From Albugo candida (lineage: Eukaryota), in NCBI GenBank assembly GCA_040437565.1, contig JBDOQK010000054.1:1-64000 (forward strand): 64,000 bases of DNA, given 5' to 3'. The position numbers and the translations under genes are program-made. Below, piece after piece: positions 24,830 to 37,420 of the stretch. Each line of letters begins with the position of its first letter. Positions within the stretch are counted from its first letter, which is position 1. The notes under the pieces were generated by a model. It did not search any database. It saw nothing but the letters and a program-made list of their open reading frames with translations, and was not told where the DNA came from.

Positions 24830-26100
24830 CTCCAGTTTATTCTTCCGTATGGGAACTATTTTGGAGCATTTGGCGGATGCTTTGTTGCAGAAACCTTAGT
24901 CCAAGCACATCATAAACTCGCACAAATTATGTTCGAGCCAGTCAGGGTGCTAGCTTCCGAAAACATTCGAAAGCTTGGAAGAGATTACATCGGTCGTCCC
25001 ACGCCTTTATAATTTGCGGAAAGGATCACAAAGCATTGTATTGGCGCGCAAATTTCGCTAAAACGCGAGGATTTAGCGCACACAGGAGCGCATAAAATCA
25101 ATAATGCTATCGGTCAAGCCGTTCTCGCAAAAAGATTTGGAGAGCATCGTGTTATTGCTGAATCCCTCGCGGGACAACACGGAGTTGCCACTGCAATCGC
25201 TTGTGCTCTCTTGAGCTTGGACTGTGCCGTTTATATGGGATACCGTGCACTCAAGTCGGTTCTTTTGCGTTTCTCTTCGTCTTTACAGAGTGTGACCGTG
25301 AATGTATAGCGACAATTACGTAAGATGTTTCGTATGAGGATGCTCGGTGCCAAAGTTGCTTCTATTTGCTCAGGATCACAGAAACTCAAGGATGCAGTCA
25401 ATGAGGCTATCCGAGACTGGGTAGCTAATGTCGAGACAACACATTAGAGAATAGGATCGGCTATTGTACCTCATCGTTTCCTAAATATCGTGTGAAATTC
25501 CCAGGCAGTCATTAGATGTAGAGTGAAGGCTCAGGTACAAAAACTTTGTCTCATTTTGAATCGCTCTGTGTACTTACTTGACTCAGCCTTAGCTTTTCAA
25601 TGAGATCGGACGTCTTCAGGATTCTATCGTCGCGTGATCTGGTGGTGATAGCAACGCGATTGGGATGTTTCATCCGTTTATTAGCAATTGTAGTGTTGCG
25701 ATATATAGAGGGGATACATGCATACATGCCGGGCGGCATCTTTCCACACTTCCAGGCGAAACAATAGAAGTATTTCAGGGCACGAAGACGTATATAATCC
25801 AGGATCCTGTCGGTCAAATTTTGCCCACGTGTAGTCTTAGGTGTTGACCCAGAGCATGTTTTTGCAAACTCCAGACGAGCCAAATATGCGAGTGTGAACG
25901 ACTAAGACCCCTAGAGGCATTCCAGCTTCTTTCTAAATTGAAGCTATTATACTCGTGCTCGAGACAGCTCCTGCGGTTTCATTTGGCATGAAATTGGCAG
26001 CCTCATGAACGAAGCGAAAGTCGTTGATGTCAATATTAGTGGCCTTGGAGACAAAGGCATGCTCCAAGTTGCTAAGGAGATCGATTGCAACTTGGAGAAT
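24830..26100 (+). pseudogene. trpB: Tryptophan synthase beta chain pseudogene
   Basis: [46 protein letters not shown] (PLP lysine motif), [54 protein letters not shown]. Multiple stops and frameshifts. Confidence 0.95.
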
Positions 26101-26115
26101 GACAATACCAGCTGT

Positions 26116-27697
26116 TGTATCTTCATTGATTTGTCTCGCACAAATCCTCCGTAGCAATCCAGACGACAACTTCGTCGATAGCTTGGTTGACTCTTGTTTT
26201 CTTGATAAAAGGTACGTATCTTTTTTATTAAAAACTTCCCGTCCGAATATCTAGAAAAAAGATGTTGATCCGATATCTCGAAAGATTGGCCCAAAATACT
26301 AATCTGATACGTTAGAGACGAGACCAGGTTTTAACAGGATACGTAACCGGTACCGAATACAGCATTTCTCTCTCCTTATAGTTCAAATGCCGATAAGACT
26401 TCGCATTTCGGTCGCTTTGGGTTCGGCGGTTACGCACTTCCTCAATAAGGTAGGTACATCTTCCATCAAGACACTGGGTGGTTCCCAGTCACTCTCCGTG
26501 TCGTCCAATCCAATCCATTGCACGAGTACCTCCCACTGGTAATTGTCAGGATTGATACGGCAAGCGAAAAAACGGCTCATGTAATGTCCTCCATTTGCGT
26601 ACGCGACGTAGTCTGACACTCTTGTGATGATACTGAATGATGCCACCAATTCCTGTACGTCATAAGTCCAGCCGTTTAACATCGCCACCACTCGCTAAGG
26701 ACCTTTCCACTGAAACATCAATTTGTTAGTACGCCTTGTAACACTTCCCGCCAGCACGAAATCCTAATTTCGAAGCTCACGGGAAAGACGCCATGTTTCT
26801 GCGCATGTCGGTGCCGGGCAGCTTCATTCTTTTTGCGGGAAGCAAGCTTCGGACACTTTTTTGTGCATGCCATCCAATGTGCACTGCAATTCCGATATGT
26901 GCTGCCGCTGCAATTCCCAAAGTTTCTGTTCCGTCAAAGCGGCTATCCCTTGAAACCAAGATGGCTAATATAATACGCTAATTGGGTTCTTCTGCGGCAA
27001 CGCAGTAAAATACGTTACTGGAGCAATTCCTCCAAGTCGACTTGACGGTATTTGATTTAGTGTCGATTTACAGAGCGGTAATAAGCTGGCCCAATTGACA
27101 GTCCGTTGTTGTTTCTCACTCAATAATGACCTCATCACTTTCAATGACTGCCGATTCATGACCTCAACGGTCCCGTTTGCCCACGGACAATGAGCCATAA
27201 CAAAATGATGTTGGGCACCCAAGATTTTTCGTAGTTTTCCTATCACTGCATTCTTGAAATGCGACCCTTGATCCGAAACCCATAAGAAAACGACACCATA
27301 TCGTTTGAACCAATCCATCAATGCCTGAATGTCACCTCCACATTTGCCACTGTTGTTGTTACAAGTTCACAGAATCCACTCATACCATCCTTTAGTACGA
27401 GCACATAAGTATAACCATTCAACTCTTTTGGCATCGATAAAAATCAAAATGTACAACTTCATTTGGTTTCGCCGCGTGAAGTGTTTCTCCATACGGTCGC
27501 GGACATTTTTGGCCATTTGCCATCAGACAGTGTAGGCATTTGTTTACGAGACTTTTCACATCAGTCCACATCGTTTTCCATATCATGTATTTTGACAATT
27601 TGTATAATGTCGTATCGATTCCACAATAACCTGCTGGCTCCGCATGCGCTACCACACACAGTCGCTGTTTGTAACATAATTGCATTGTCCGGTATCC
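26116..27697 (-). mobile_element. Ty3/gypsy (chromovirus-type) remnant: integrase, chromodomain and probable 3' LTR (~26116-26361)
   Basis: Integrase Zn region (VVAH..AG..W..M..DV..CLHC), core (WVSDQGSHFKN, CPWANGTVE), chromodomain (EVLVQWIGLDDTESDWEP), purine tract aggagagagaaa just before TGTATT. Confidence 0.9.
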
Positions 27698-28877
27698 NNN
27701 NNNNNNNNNNNNNNNNNNNNNNNNNNNNNNNNNNNNNNNNNNNNNNNNNNNNNNNNNNNNNNNNNNNNNNNNNNNNNNNNNNNNNNNNNNNNNNNNNCAT
27801 AATTGGCTTTACAGCTGCGAGACAGCGACCTTATCAGACGATTATTATTGGATTTATGCCAGTCTGATTCTCGGGAAATTATCGTCACACCACCATGATC
27901 ATTTGCATCCTATTGCTCCGCATAATGTACGCGTTGTCAGCAATGACCGTGGCCGTGATCACACACTTCAGTTCAAGGATAATGTCACCATGGGAATGAC
28001 GACTTGGGATATTCCGGAAGGCTCGAATAAGATATAGAATTATCTAATCGAGCGGTGGTGGAACAAAACTGTGGTTAATATCGAATTAGAGTATGAAGAA
28101 CGTGATATAAGAAGACACAAACACATTTCCCCCGTGCGATCAGTTCATTTAGAAGAACCACTTCCGTATTCGCGAGTTCCACATATGCACAAATCAGACA
28201 CAGGAGTACATTTTCATTTTCCGATCCAATCAAGCGATGTAAAGTCACGAAAAAACGCGCCTTGGCTCTGTATCTCCAAATCTTTATGAATAAATTCCAT
28301 TTGAGGCTCAAGGCCCACATCATGTGGTATTTCAGATGGTATGACTCAGGTTCATGTTGGTTTGGAATGATCTTGTGGCATGCGTGTCTAGCGATATATC
28401 GGGGCTATCGCTTTTCCTCAGATGAACCAACGACAACTAAGGCAAGAATGGTTTGGAGGAATACAATTGCCAGCAATGTCTAAGTGATAGATAAAAAACT
28501 AATATAAATGAGCTGTGTGATATTTCCCTGAAAATATGCCAACAATGTTTTGGATCTATTCTTCGGGCAGAAAGATCACACGAATAGAGCTACTTTTGAA
28601 GGTAATTCTCATCAGAACAAGCCATCATTTCATCGTCTTTTCTGAGAAGTACCGAATAAAACCAACACTGATGGTTTGATGAGATACAATTGCAAGCTTT
28701 CTTAAAGTCACCTTTGTATATCGGAACTTGAATAGGTGAGCTTTTTTATTGTTTTCTAAAACATGTACCAGAAATGTNNNNNNNNNNNNNNNNNNNNNNN
28801 NNNNNNNNNNNNNNNNNNNNNNNNNNNNNNNNNNNNNNNNNNNNNNNNNNNNNNNNNNNNNNNNNNNNNNNNNNNNN

Positions 28878-30638
28878 GACATCCACCATTAACACACTTG
28901 CCACCCGAGCAAAGACTGGTAAATCCGAGCAAAACCGGTGACTTGCAGTTCTTTCTTATCTTCAGCTGGTAAAATCTGGATATGCGCGAATAGCAGCTAG
29001 CACACTGATAGCGGAAGGTGCTGGGAGGGGGGTGTATTTTGCGCGCTCTCTGCGTGCTTGGGCAGCGCTCTGTCTAGAGGGCGAAGAATTGCCTTTGTTG
29101 TAGACGGGAAACATGCGAAACGGCGAAGCTACCTACAGGATGAGGACTGCATTCTACCGTTCAGGAGTATCTTCGAGCGAACAAGTTCAAGGTGGAAGTA
29201 TCAGCTCTGACAGAACATGTCAGCACGAACATCCTTCCGCGACTTGGATACGCCCCATCTCCCATAAACTCTGGAAGTACTGCGACACGCTGGCTCCATT
29301 CACTGGACATCAAATACCGCACAGTGACTAAAGGAATATACATTGACGACGATGAGCGGGAGGATGTCATTGCGTACCGGTAACACTTCGTGAAGCGGAT
29401 GGCCGACCTTGAGGCGCGTATGCCGACTGTAGTTGGGAAGGAGGAAGTCGATGGTAACAATGAGTTCACTGCAATCACCTGGCCCCCTAATGGCATTCGT
29501 TCAATCATCTTGGTAACTCATGATGAGAGTACTTTTGCCGCTCATGATGGACTCAAGAGTCTTTGTTTGTCAGACGGTGAACAACCATTACGAAAAAAGA
29601 GACAGGACAGGTCCATTCACGTCACCGACTTCCTTTGCAACATCATAGGCCGGTTAGCAATTGATGAAGAAAAGGCTGCTCAGCATCTTGACCTACAAGC
29701 AGCGGCCTGCATCATCATGCAACCTGGCACGCAGCATGACGGATGGTGGACATCGGATAAACTGTGCAAAAAAGTCTGTGACTTGGCTATCCCAATCTTC
29801 GAAGCTCAATTTCCCAACTGTCAAGCTCTTTTTGCCTTCGACAATGCAACTGGACACAGTGCATTCGCCCCCGATGCCCTTCGAGCCGGCGCAATGAACT
29901 TGTCAAGTGTAGGCAAGCAGCCAAAGATGCGTGCAGCAATGTGGGGACACGGAGTCTCTCAGGATTTGGTTTTTGCTTATGACCATTCTAATGAAACCCT
30001 CCGTGGTCAGGCAAAGGGACTGAAAGCTGTGCTGGGAGGAACGTGGGCTGTGGGAAGCTATCCTAAAGGCGCGATGCAAAATATGTCCTGTGGATGGCGC
30101 AACCTGCTGCGCCAGAAAAATTATGGCCAACCAATCAGACTTCAAAGCACAAGTAGGAATGATAGAGGAGTGAATTGTTGCCGCTGGTCATCAAGTGATA
30201 TTTTACCCAAAATTTCACTGCGAGCTCAACTACATCGAAAACTTTTGGGCAGCCGCTAAGCGATACGCCAGAAAACACTGCGATTACACTTGGAAGATTT
30301 TAATGGTAACAGTTCCAGCTGCCTTGGCATCTGTTCCACTGGATGAGATACGTCGACACTCACGAAAAGCTTGGCGATACATGGACGTTTACCGAAATAG
30401 TCTCACCGGAAAAGAAGCCGAGTATGCGGTGAAAAAGTACAAATCCCACCGACGTGCACCCAATTCTGTTTCGATGGATGTGGGTATCATGACAAGATAA
30501 GTAGCACCATTATTGACAGTTTCCTGCAAAACTAATATTATCCTTCGAAAACTAATATTCGACAGAATAGTTTAGGCGGCCAAATTTTCTCCAACCTTAG
30601 GAAAATGCCAACATTCAGACGACTTTGCACCGCTACTG
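28878..30638 (+). mobile_element. IS630/Tc1/mariner-superfamily DDE DNA transposon, degenerate; left end in the gap
   Basis: [60 protein letters not shown]. One stop at about 29381 and a frameshift near 30040. The right end gactttgcaccgctactg resembles a Tc1-type CAGT terminus. Confidence 0.85.
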
Positions 30639-33600
30639 CTCCATGAAAAGTTGAATTAATAAAAATCCGAGACTTGTGAAGGGAAGCTTAGGGCATGCTA
30701 TTTGGTACCAAAGGCTTGTTTTCTGTGTAATTTCTATTTTGGCCAAGCCTTAGCGATTCTTGCAGGGCCACTAAGTTGCTGGTTTTAAGTGACATGCACT
30801 ATATCATTTTCACGTTGCATTTCAGGACTGAATATGGAAACGGATCCTATGGTAAAAATACCTGGGACTAGTATCTGCTCAGGTAGAGGTAGCATGATTC
30901 TTTTTTCTGATACAAAGCCGAGGATGAAGTTGGTTGAAGGGGATGCTGCATCGATCATTTCGTGGATCGTTTTGTTGCTGGTCGACTTCATTTGGTCATT
31001 TTGACGCATCGACAATGCATCTCGTAAACAGTATGTGGATAGGCCGAATTACACACATGTATTGTATCGGTCATGCAATTGTCGCTAGAAAATGTCACCC
31101 AAATATTCGCAATAAACAATTTTATGGTATGTAATCTCATACGTGAAAAACGCAGTAGTTTTTTGTTGCTCGTTTTAAAAGTGCTCGATTTGAAATGTTC
31201 TTTTTCACGGGAATCGTTTGACAAGCAGAGATTATTCAGGTGATACAATACACTATTTGTAAAATAGAGCGTGAAACGAGCTTAAGAATTCACCTCGTTA
31301 AATTCAGTACCTAACATTTCATTTCTTGTTCCAAAAGATTCCGACATCTTGACGCGTCATTCTGCTGAAGTTTGAGTTTTGACCAAATTACATCCGTTAT
31401 ATGATCGTATGGCGGTTGATCAAATGCAGACTCTAAACATATAACACGACATTGATATGTTTGTTGATACAACGAAATATCCATAAAAAGAACCCGATCC
31501 CTCATGCTGTGAAAACGTCTTCCATGCTTGCAATATAGAAATGTTTTGAATTGAGCCGAGTAATTTCCATCATGTTACTAAACGCAAAACTACTTCAGCT
31601 GCTGCCTCTCAGAATATTTTAGCAGCATCTTGGCGGGGCAAGCTGAATGTTATTCTTATGTGACCTTGGTTATCAATCTTAGCTGTTCCAGATAGCGGCA
31701 TATTGACGATACAGTTTTTGCTGGATGGTTGATGATACGAATGTGATACCTCGATCTCGGCTACTTTATTCTTGCTCGCATTGCTTACCATTTGAATCCT
31801 AGGTTTTCAAAGCGATTTTATTTCTTAAGTATTGAATGGTGAAATGCGATAATCTCTATGTTAAAATTCGTCGAAAGTTTGCAAGCCCTCGCTTGTAGCA
31901 GCCACGCACACTTAACCTACATTTGGTTTCTTCGATCCCTTCAGCGATTCCACGACCCAGTACTTTGCCTTTACATATGACATGTTTGTCGAAATACCAA
32001 TCATTATCATTGTCAAGAAATGCGCTCGCTCGTTTGAGAAAGGTACTAATTTTCTTAGGAGCTAGGAGGATAACATCCTGGATGTCGGATTATTTGAATC
32101 ACCCATTCCGAAGAATAGAGAGGACCATCAAGACGATGAAGCTTATACTCACTCTTCTTTTGACTGATAAATTTGTGCGATCTCTCGAGTAAGGAGAGGA
32201 GCCATAGGAAAAAAAATTAAAAATAATCAAGTGCAGGTGGATTTGGAAAATACTGGCTTAGGCGTACATGAGCCAGGACATTTGCAACGTAAGAATGGCC
32301 GAGAAGAAGCAACGCGTGATCAAAGCGCTTGAAAAGCCCTGAAGCAAGGTAGGGAAATTGCTCACTCGAAATCATAGGTGTCGCATAACAGATGGGTGCT
32401 ATGTAAAGAAATGCGTGTAATGGCATTCCTGTTCATTCTAAGAGTGAGGATTGATTGAATATGTATTTGCAGCATTTAAACGTAGGAGCCAATCTAGACA
32501 CCTCCATTATGGCAACTTCACCGCGAATCCAAAATGTTATCGGATACTACGATATCTGAGCATTTCACGTCATTATCGTGTTTTCTTCTCAGAGGTTATT
32601 CTTTCTTTATTGTCGTCTTTCTTGCAAATACCCCATCACAACTCTCATCACACTTAGCAAATACTAATGCCGTCGGTTCCAGTGGTCTTATGCGATAGCA
32701 TCCTATTGATGAAGATTACAGAGAATGTAACGACATGATTTACAGATGCAATAAGCGGTATAATCTGGAGGCTGTGGTTATCCTATCAAGTCACCTCAAC
32801 TTATAGTTGCCGCTTGTTCATCGGAGACCTAAAATGCGTCCACAGCAGCTATTCCGGTGCACGTTGTCTAACGTAACGTCGAGAGGACGTCTCAATTGAT
32901 TCCTTTCGTAAGGATATCGAAACCTCGACCGACGCTGGCTTGTACTGAGCTGAATTTTTGCATCCGCAACGGTGTCGATGCAAAAATGAGTGGATAGAGC
33001 GCAATGTTCTTGTTTTCCTGAGATATGGTCGAGTACCTATCATTCCTAGCTTCCCGTCAATAGAACTCGGTTAAGAAATGCAAGTTCGACAATCTCTACC
33101 ACGACATTAAAGATTGGCTCGACTACTCTTCCAAAACATAAGCAGGACTTATCCCATAATAGCACAAATTTTGAGTGCCTCATTCAGCAACGGCATCAAA
33201 GTCTCAGCTAAATTGTCTCACATACTCTAAAAAAAAATTTTCCTTCGCTTATATGAGTTATACAAACGTAAATTACCTGAAGGCATTGTTAGGCACCAGT
33301 GTTGAGCATGCGAACTCGAACCTAAATAAAGAGTGATACTCCATATATAACCTGGAAAGACCAAATTCTCCTATCACTAAGCTGCAAAGTCGGACTTGTG
33401 GAGCTGAGATGTCTTCCTACCAGCCAGTGAGTCCTAATCTTGGCATGCAGCTCATTACCTAACATGATATATCACCATTCATTAGTTCGGTCAAATGGTC
33501 ATAAAACCCGTAATCGACAAATTCGCTTCTTTTGCTCAAAAACAACTTCCAAGCGTCAACTTGAAAACTGTTTACACGTTCACGATAAGTTTTTAAAAGA

Positions 33601-33680
33601 AATAGAAGAGTACGTGCACTTGTTGGAGCTTTTTCAAGACCTTCGATAACGAATGCACAATGAGGATCAAATCAAAAAAA

Positions 33681-33940
33681 TCACAAAGAAACACACTGAT
33701 TGATCTGTGAGCGCAGTTCTATATCCGTGCAAAGATGGAACGAATCTCCTGTCGATATTGGGCTGCGTTTCATGTTGATATGGAACTGGAGGAGCTGAAG
33801 TTTTTGCGCGGAACCATCTGAAGTTTCTAGCTGTACATCCACTCCTCCATCGCTATATGTTCCAAGGTAATTCATCGTCCTCACTGTTGTAGGCAATGCC
33901 AACAACAACAGCAAAAGAAAGAAACCGTTTTAAAGCATCT
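33681..33940 (-). pseudogene. Relic of a secreted-protein gene (signal peptide out of frame with its ATG)
   Basis: GFFLLLLLLALPTTVRT hydrophobic stretch just downstream of an out-of-frame ATG near 33938. Frame closes after about 77 codons. Confidence 0.3.
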
Positions 33941-34399
33941 TCGTAGTTCCGTACAATCAATCGAGCAACTGATTCTGTTACCGCAAAGCTAGACTCATCA
34001 ATCATTTCGCTGTCATCGATCTTTGCTTACGAGATTCATTATCGTCTTATGACCATTCCCTCACTGGTTGTCAAAATCCTTCTGAATACAGTAATTTTTC
34101 CGATTTATAGAGAATCGTTATTGCTGCTGCATCTAATGAGCAGATGTTAATTTACATTTTAATAAAAACGATCCGTGTGTTTTGTTTATTTATGTCCACC
34201 TCGTCCACTTTGACATAATCTTGATAAGCAGTGTAAATTTGAATACGAATAATGTCAACGGCTTCGATCCTTTGATGTCGAAATTCTATGCATTTAAGTG
34301 ATGGAATTTTCAGTGTCGCGAGAGCGATGCGTTTCCAAACACATTGATGGTGGTAGGTGCATTCACCTAGAAAGCGAATATGACGGAAGGTAAGTTTCA

Positions 34400-37300
34400 G
34401 AAAGCAGATTTGCTACGAAATAAAATGAGCTGCTGAGGGAACGCTCCCGTGGGAATCCTAAAGATCAAATGACGCACGTGTATAATGCTAGACGCATCAT
34501 GTTTCAGATCAAAACATGTCGGGATCTTGTGCTCGTACTGAAAAGAACTTTGTATCTTCTTCCATAATATCGCTTTTTGCATGCTATAGGCACCCGTTAA
34601 GCTCAGGAGGAAACATATAAGAACGTGCGTCCTCGTCAATATCACAAAGCGCTTTGGGGTGTTTCGAGCGCGCAAATCGCGTACTGAATCTCTTTTGTAA
34701 AACTTATGTCTTGTGCACTGCTGATCCACAACGGTCGTACCGACTCGAGCTCTTGTAGATGCTGTTTTAATTGAGTGACCTTATTCCGATCCTTGGAGGA
34801 CGCTTTGAGACGCTGGAGCTCTCGTGACTGCATATATAGTATATAGATGGACGCTAAGGACCTCAACATATTGCCAACAAGTATATATTTTTTAAGGACC
34901 TGTGCGTCTCGATCACCTTGTAGCGTTTCATTATCTGCCATTGTGTATGAGATATGATTGCAACGCAGAGTTCAGATCTTCTTCGTAATCAGCAGAAAAA
35001 CTACTAAAGAGCATGAGAAAATAATACCGGGCAAGTACAATCGTCTACAGTTTATGTCTATACTTGCATAGAGGCTGATAGAGTGTTGTACCCACTAGTT
35101 CGCTGCATGATCGTTCCGCAATGTCCAATGCGTTGGACGTCGTCCCTCCGTAAACTTCGGTCAGCTCGCTCCAGTACAGCTCGCTGCAGTACTTCCGTGC
35201 TTGATCTTCCATTCCTGAGTCTGATGCAAATCATTCTTTGCCAAGTATTGGAGGTCGTCACGATATTGCCAATCTCACGGAAGTAAACTTATCCGCACAA
35301 GGTCTTACTGTTCAGCTGCATTGGGTTTTCCGTAGATTCCAATATACGTTTACAGCAAAGATAAGCTCCTAGAGCCAGAAAACTGCAATTTTAAAAATGT
35401 CCAGTTGCGTTTGTGAATTCACAATACGTTCTCGAACACAATCATCTGTCGTCTTGGACGTGTAGAATGTGTTATCCGTGTCTTCCTTCTTATCTAAATC
35501 GAAATCAATCTCCAGCAATCTTTTGGATCTTCAAAGGTCAAAGCACCCACTAGCTCAAACGTCCAATCACCTCATAGAAATCCCCCGCCGATGGTTTGCG
35601 TCAATGTGTATAAATGATTGTGCCGTCTTCGACAGACAGTCAGTTGTAAGAATAGGGCCTTTGGTCGTCTGTATAAGCGCATTCGACTTCATACTGAAAG
35701 TAGAATCCCAGGGAACGTGACCATCGATCGTTGAGCTAGACCCAATCGATTAAAAGTTATTGACGGTTGAATGGTGGCTTGTATATTCGCATGCGACATC
35801 TGTCTCGTCATTCAATGTCGTTTGGTATTTTTTGCCCAAAACTGGAGGGAAAGGTTTGAACTGTCCTGAACCATGATGAAGGCGGGCAACAGCAAATGCA
35901 ATCACGTACTTGTTGAGCCGTTCCAATGGATCACATTGCTCTGTTGCTGCTTTTGAGTAATTTGCGAGCATGTAGAAAGAGATCAATTAAAACAAGTTGG
36001 TACGGGGCTCAAAGATTTAACGGGAAGAGATGACCTCACTTCGGATTGGCCTTCCAGATTCTTCACATCTGTCAACTTGATGTCTTCTTTGCGGACACCA
36101 CTTCGGTTTCTTGCAACTTGCTTGTCGATGATTTTGAGAACGCCAGTTGGAAACGTTTCCACTCTGTCCAGATATGTTCTTGGATGAAATTCTGCATTCA
36201 CTTTGTTTTGGAATTCCGGAGTTGTCGCTTCGTCTTTGTCTTCGTCGACATTACACTCAACGTCACTATCCTTTCTATCGTCACCAATCGTACTTCCACT
36301 GTCCTCCAAGAGACCGTCACAGCCACATAAAGCGATTTGAGAGACGTATTCATGCAGTGTTATCGCAACAGCCAAGTATCTTTTCAGGAAACCCTATTTG
36401 GCAGAAGAAGAATGCCATCGTAATGTCGGTAACAAACGTGCAACGCGGGCGCCACAACTCGAAGGGATCTAGCTGCCATCCACTCAGCGAAACATTTGCG
36501 TGAACTAATTTCCAGCAACCAAGTTTGAGCTCGCTTGTGACAGATTTCTCCACTATCGTCACTATAAATTCTCCGTAGAGATCAGCGCCGAAACTATACT
36601 ATCCGTCACGCTGCTCCAAAGCAGAGCGTTCTCGACAATGACGAAGTACTAATGAGTACCGAGGATAGCTGAGCGCTACCAAAATCCGCCATATGAGAGA
36701 CAAAGAACACCAACATGGCCAAGAGCAACGATGGTTGAACAGAATCGTTTCGTAAGAAGACTATCACCGCCGTGAAAATGCTCAACGCTGTTTGATGAAA
36801 GAGATCCATTCAGATACGATTGATCTACCGACAGCCGTGCAATAGATGTGCAAGAGATGTATTGTCATCGAATGTCGCGAGATGTTACGCGAACTGGAAA
36901 TTAAGCGTCCCATTCGAGCTCTTTATTGTGATCCATGATTAAGAACGCTTCAACTTCAGGTGCGACGGGAAGTACGAATCTGATCCTACCGTACAGTTTT
37001 CCAGCCTTCGATACGCCCAATCTTTCAAGCGTTCCGCTGGTGTTGTTTAAGTTGGACGCTGAATCTTTGAGAGGAAAGAAACACACTCCTTGGCTTTCCG
37101 CGACGGAATTGGCAATAAATGCTTCCAGGAGCTCAAGAGAGTTCGAAATCTCAGATTCTACAGCTACGAAAGTGTGAATGGCTTTTTGAAACGTGGGTTT
37201 GGATGCTGTGTTGTGATCGGATTATTACTCGCACGTTTTGCCGGTGGCCAGGATGTTATTACTGAGGACGACGATGCCATCGATATGTGACGCCGATCAA

Positions 37301-37420
37301 CGAACGACCGAACTCCGTCCCCGCGAAGCAACAAATTCTTATTGTCCTCATCACAAGCTACAGGTCGAGACGATGACTTAATTTGCTGGAAGTAGAAAAA
37401 AGCGTAACCTTCCACACGTA
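34400..37420 (-). pseudogene. Possible large decayed gene (unassigned)
   Basis: Series of protein-like minus-strand ORF pieces (34642-34941, 35058-35261, 35983-36375, 36606-36809, 36901-37086) separated by stops. No confident domain. Confidence 0.25.
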
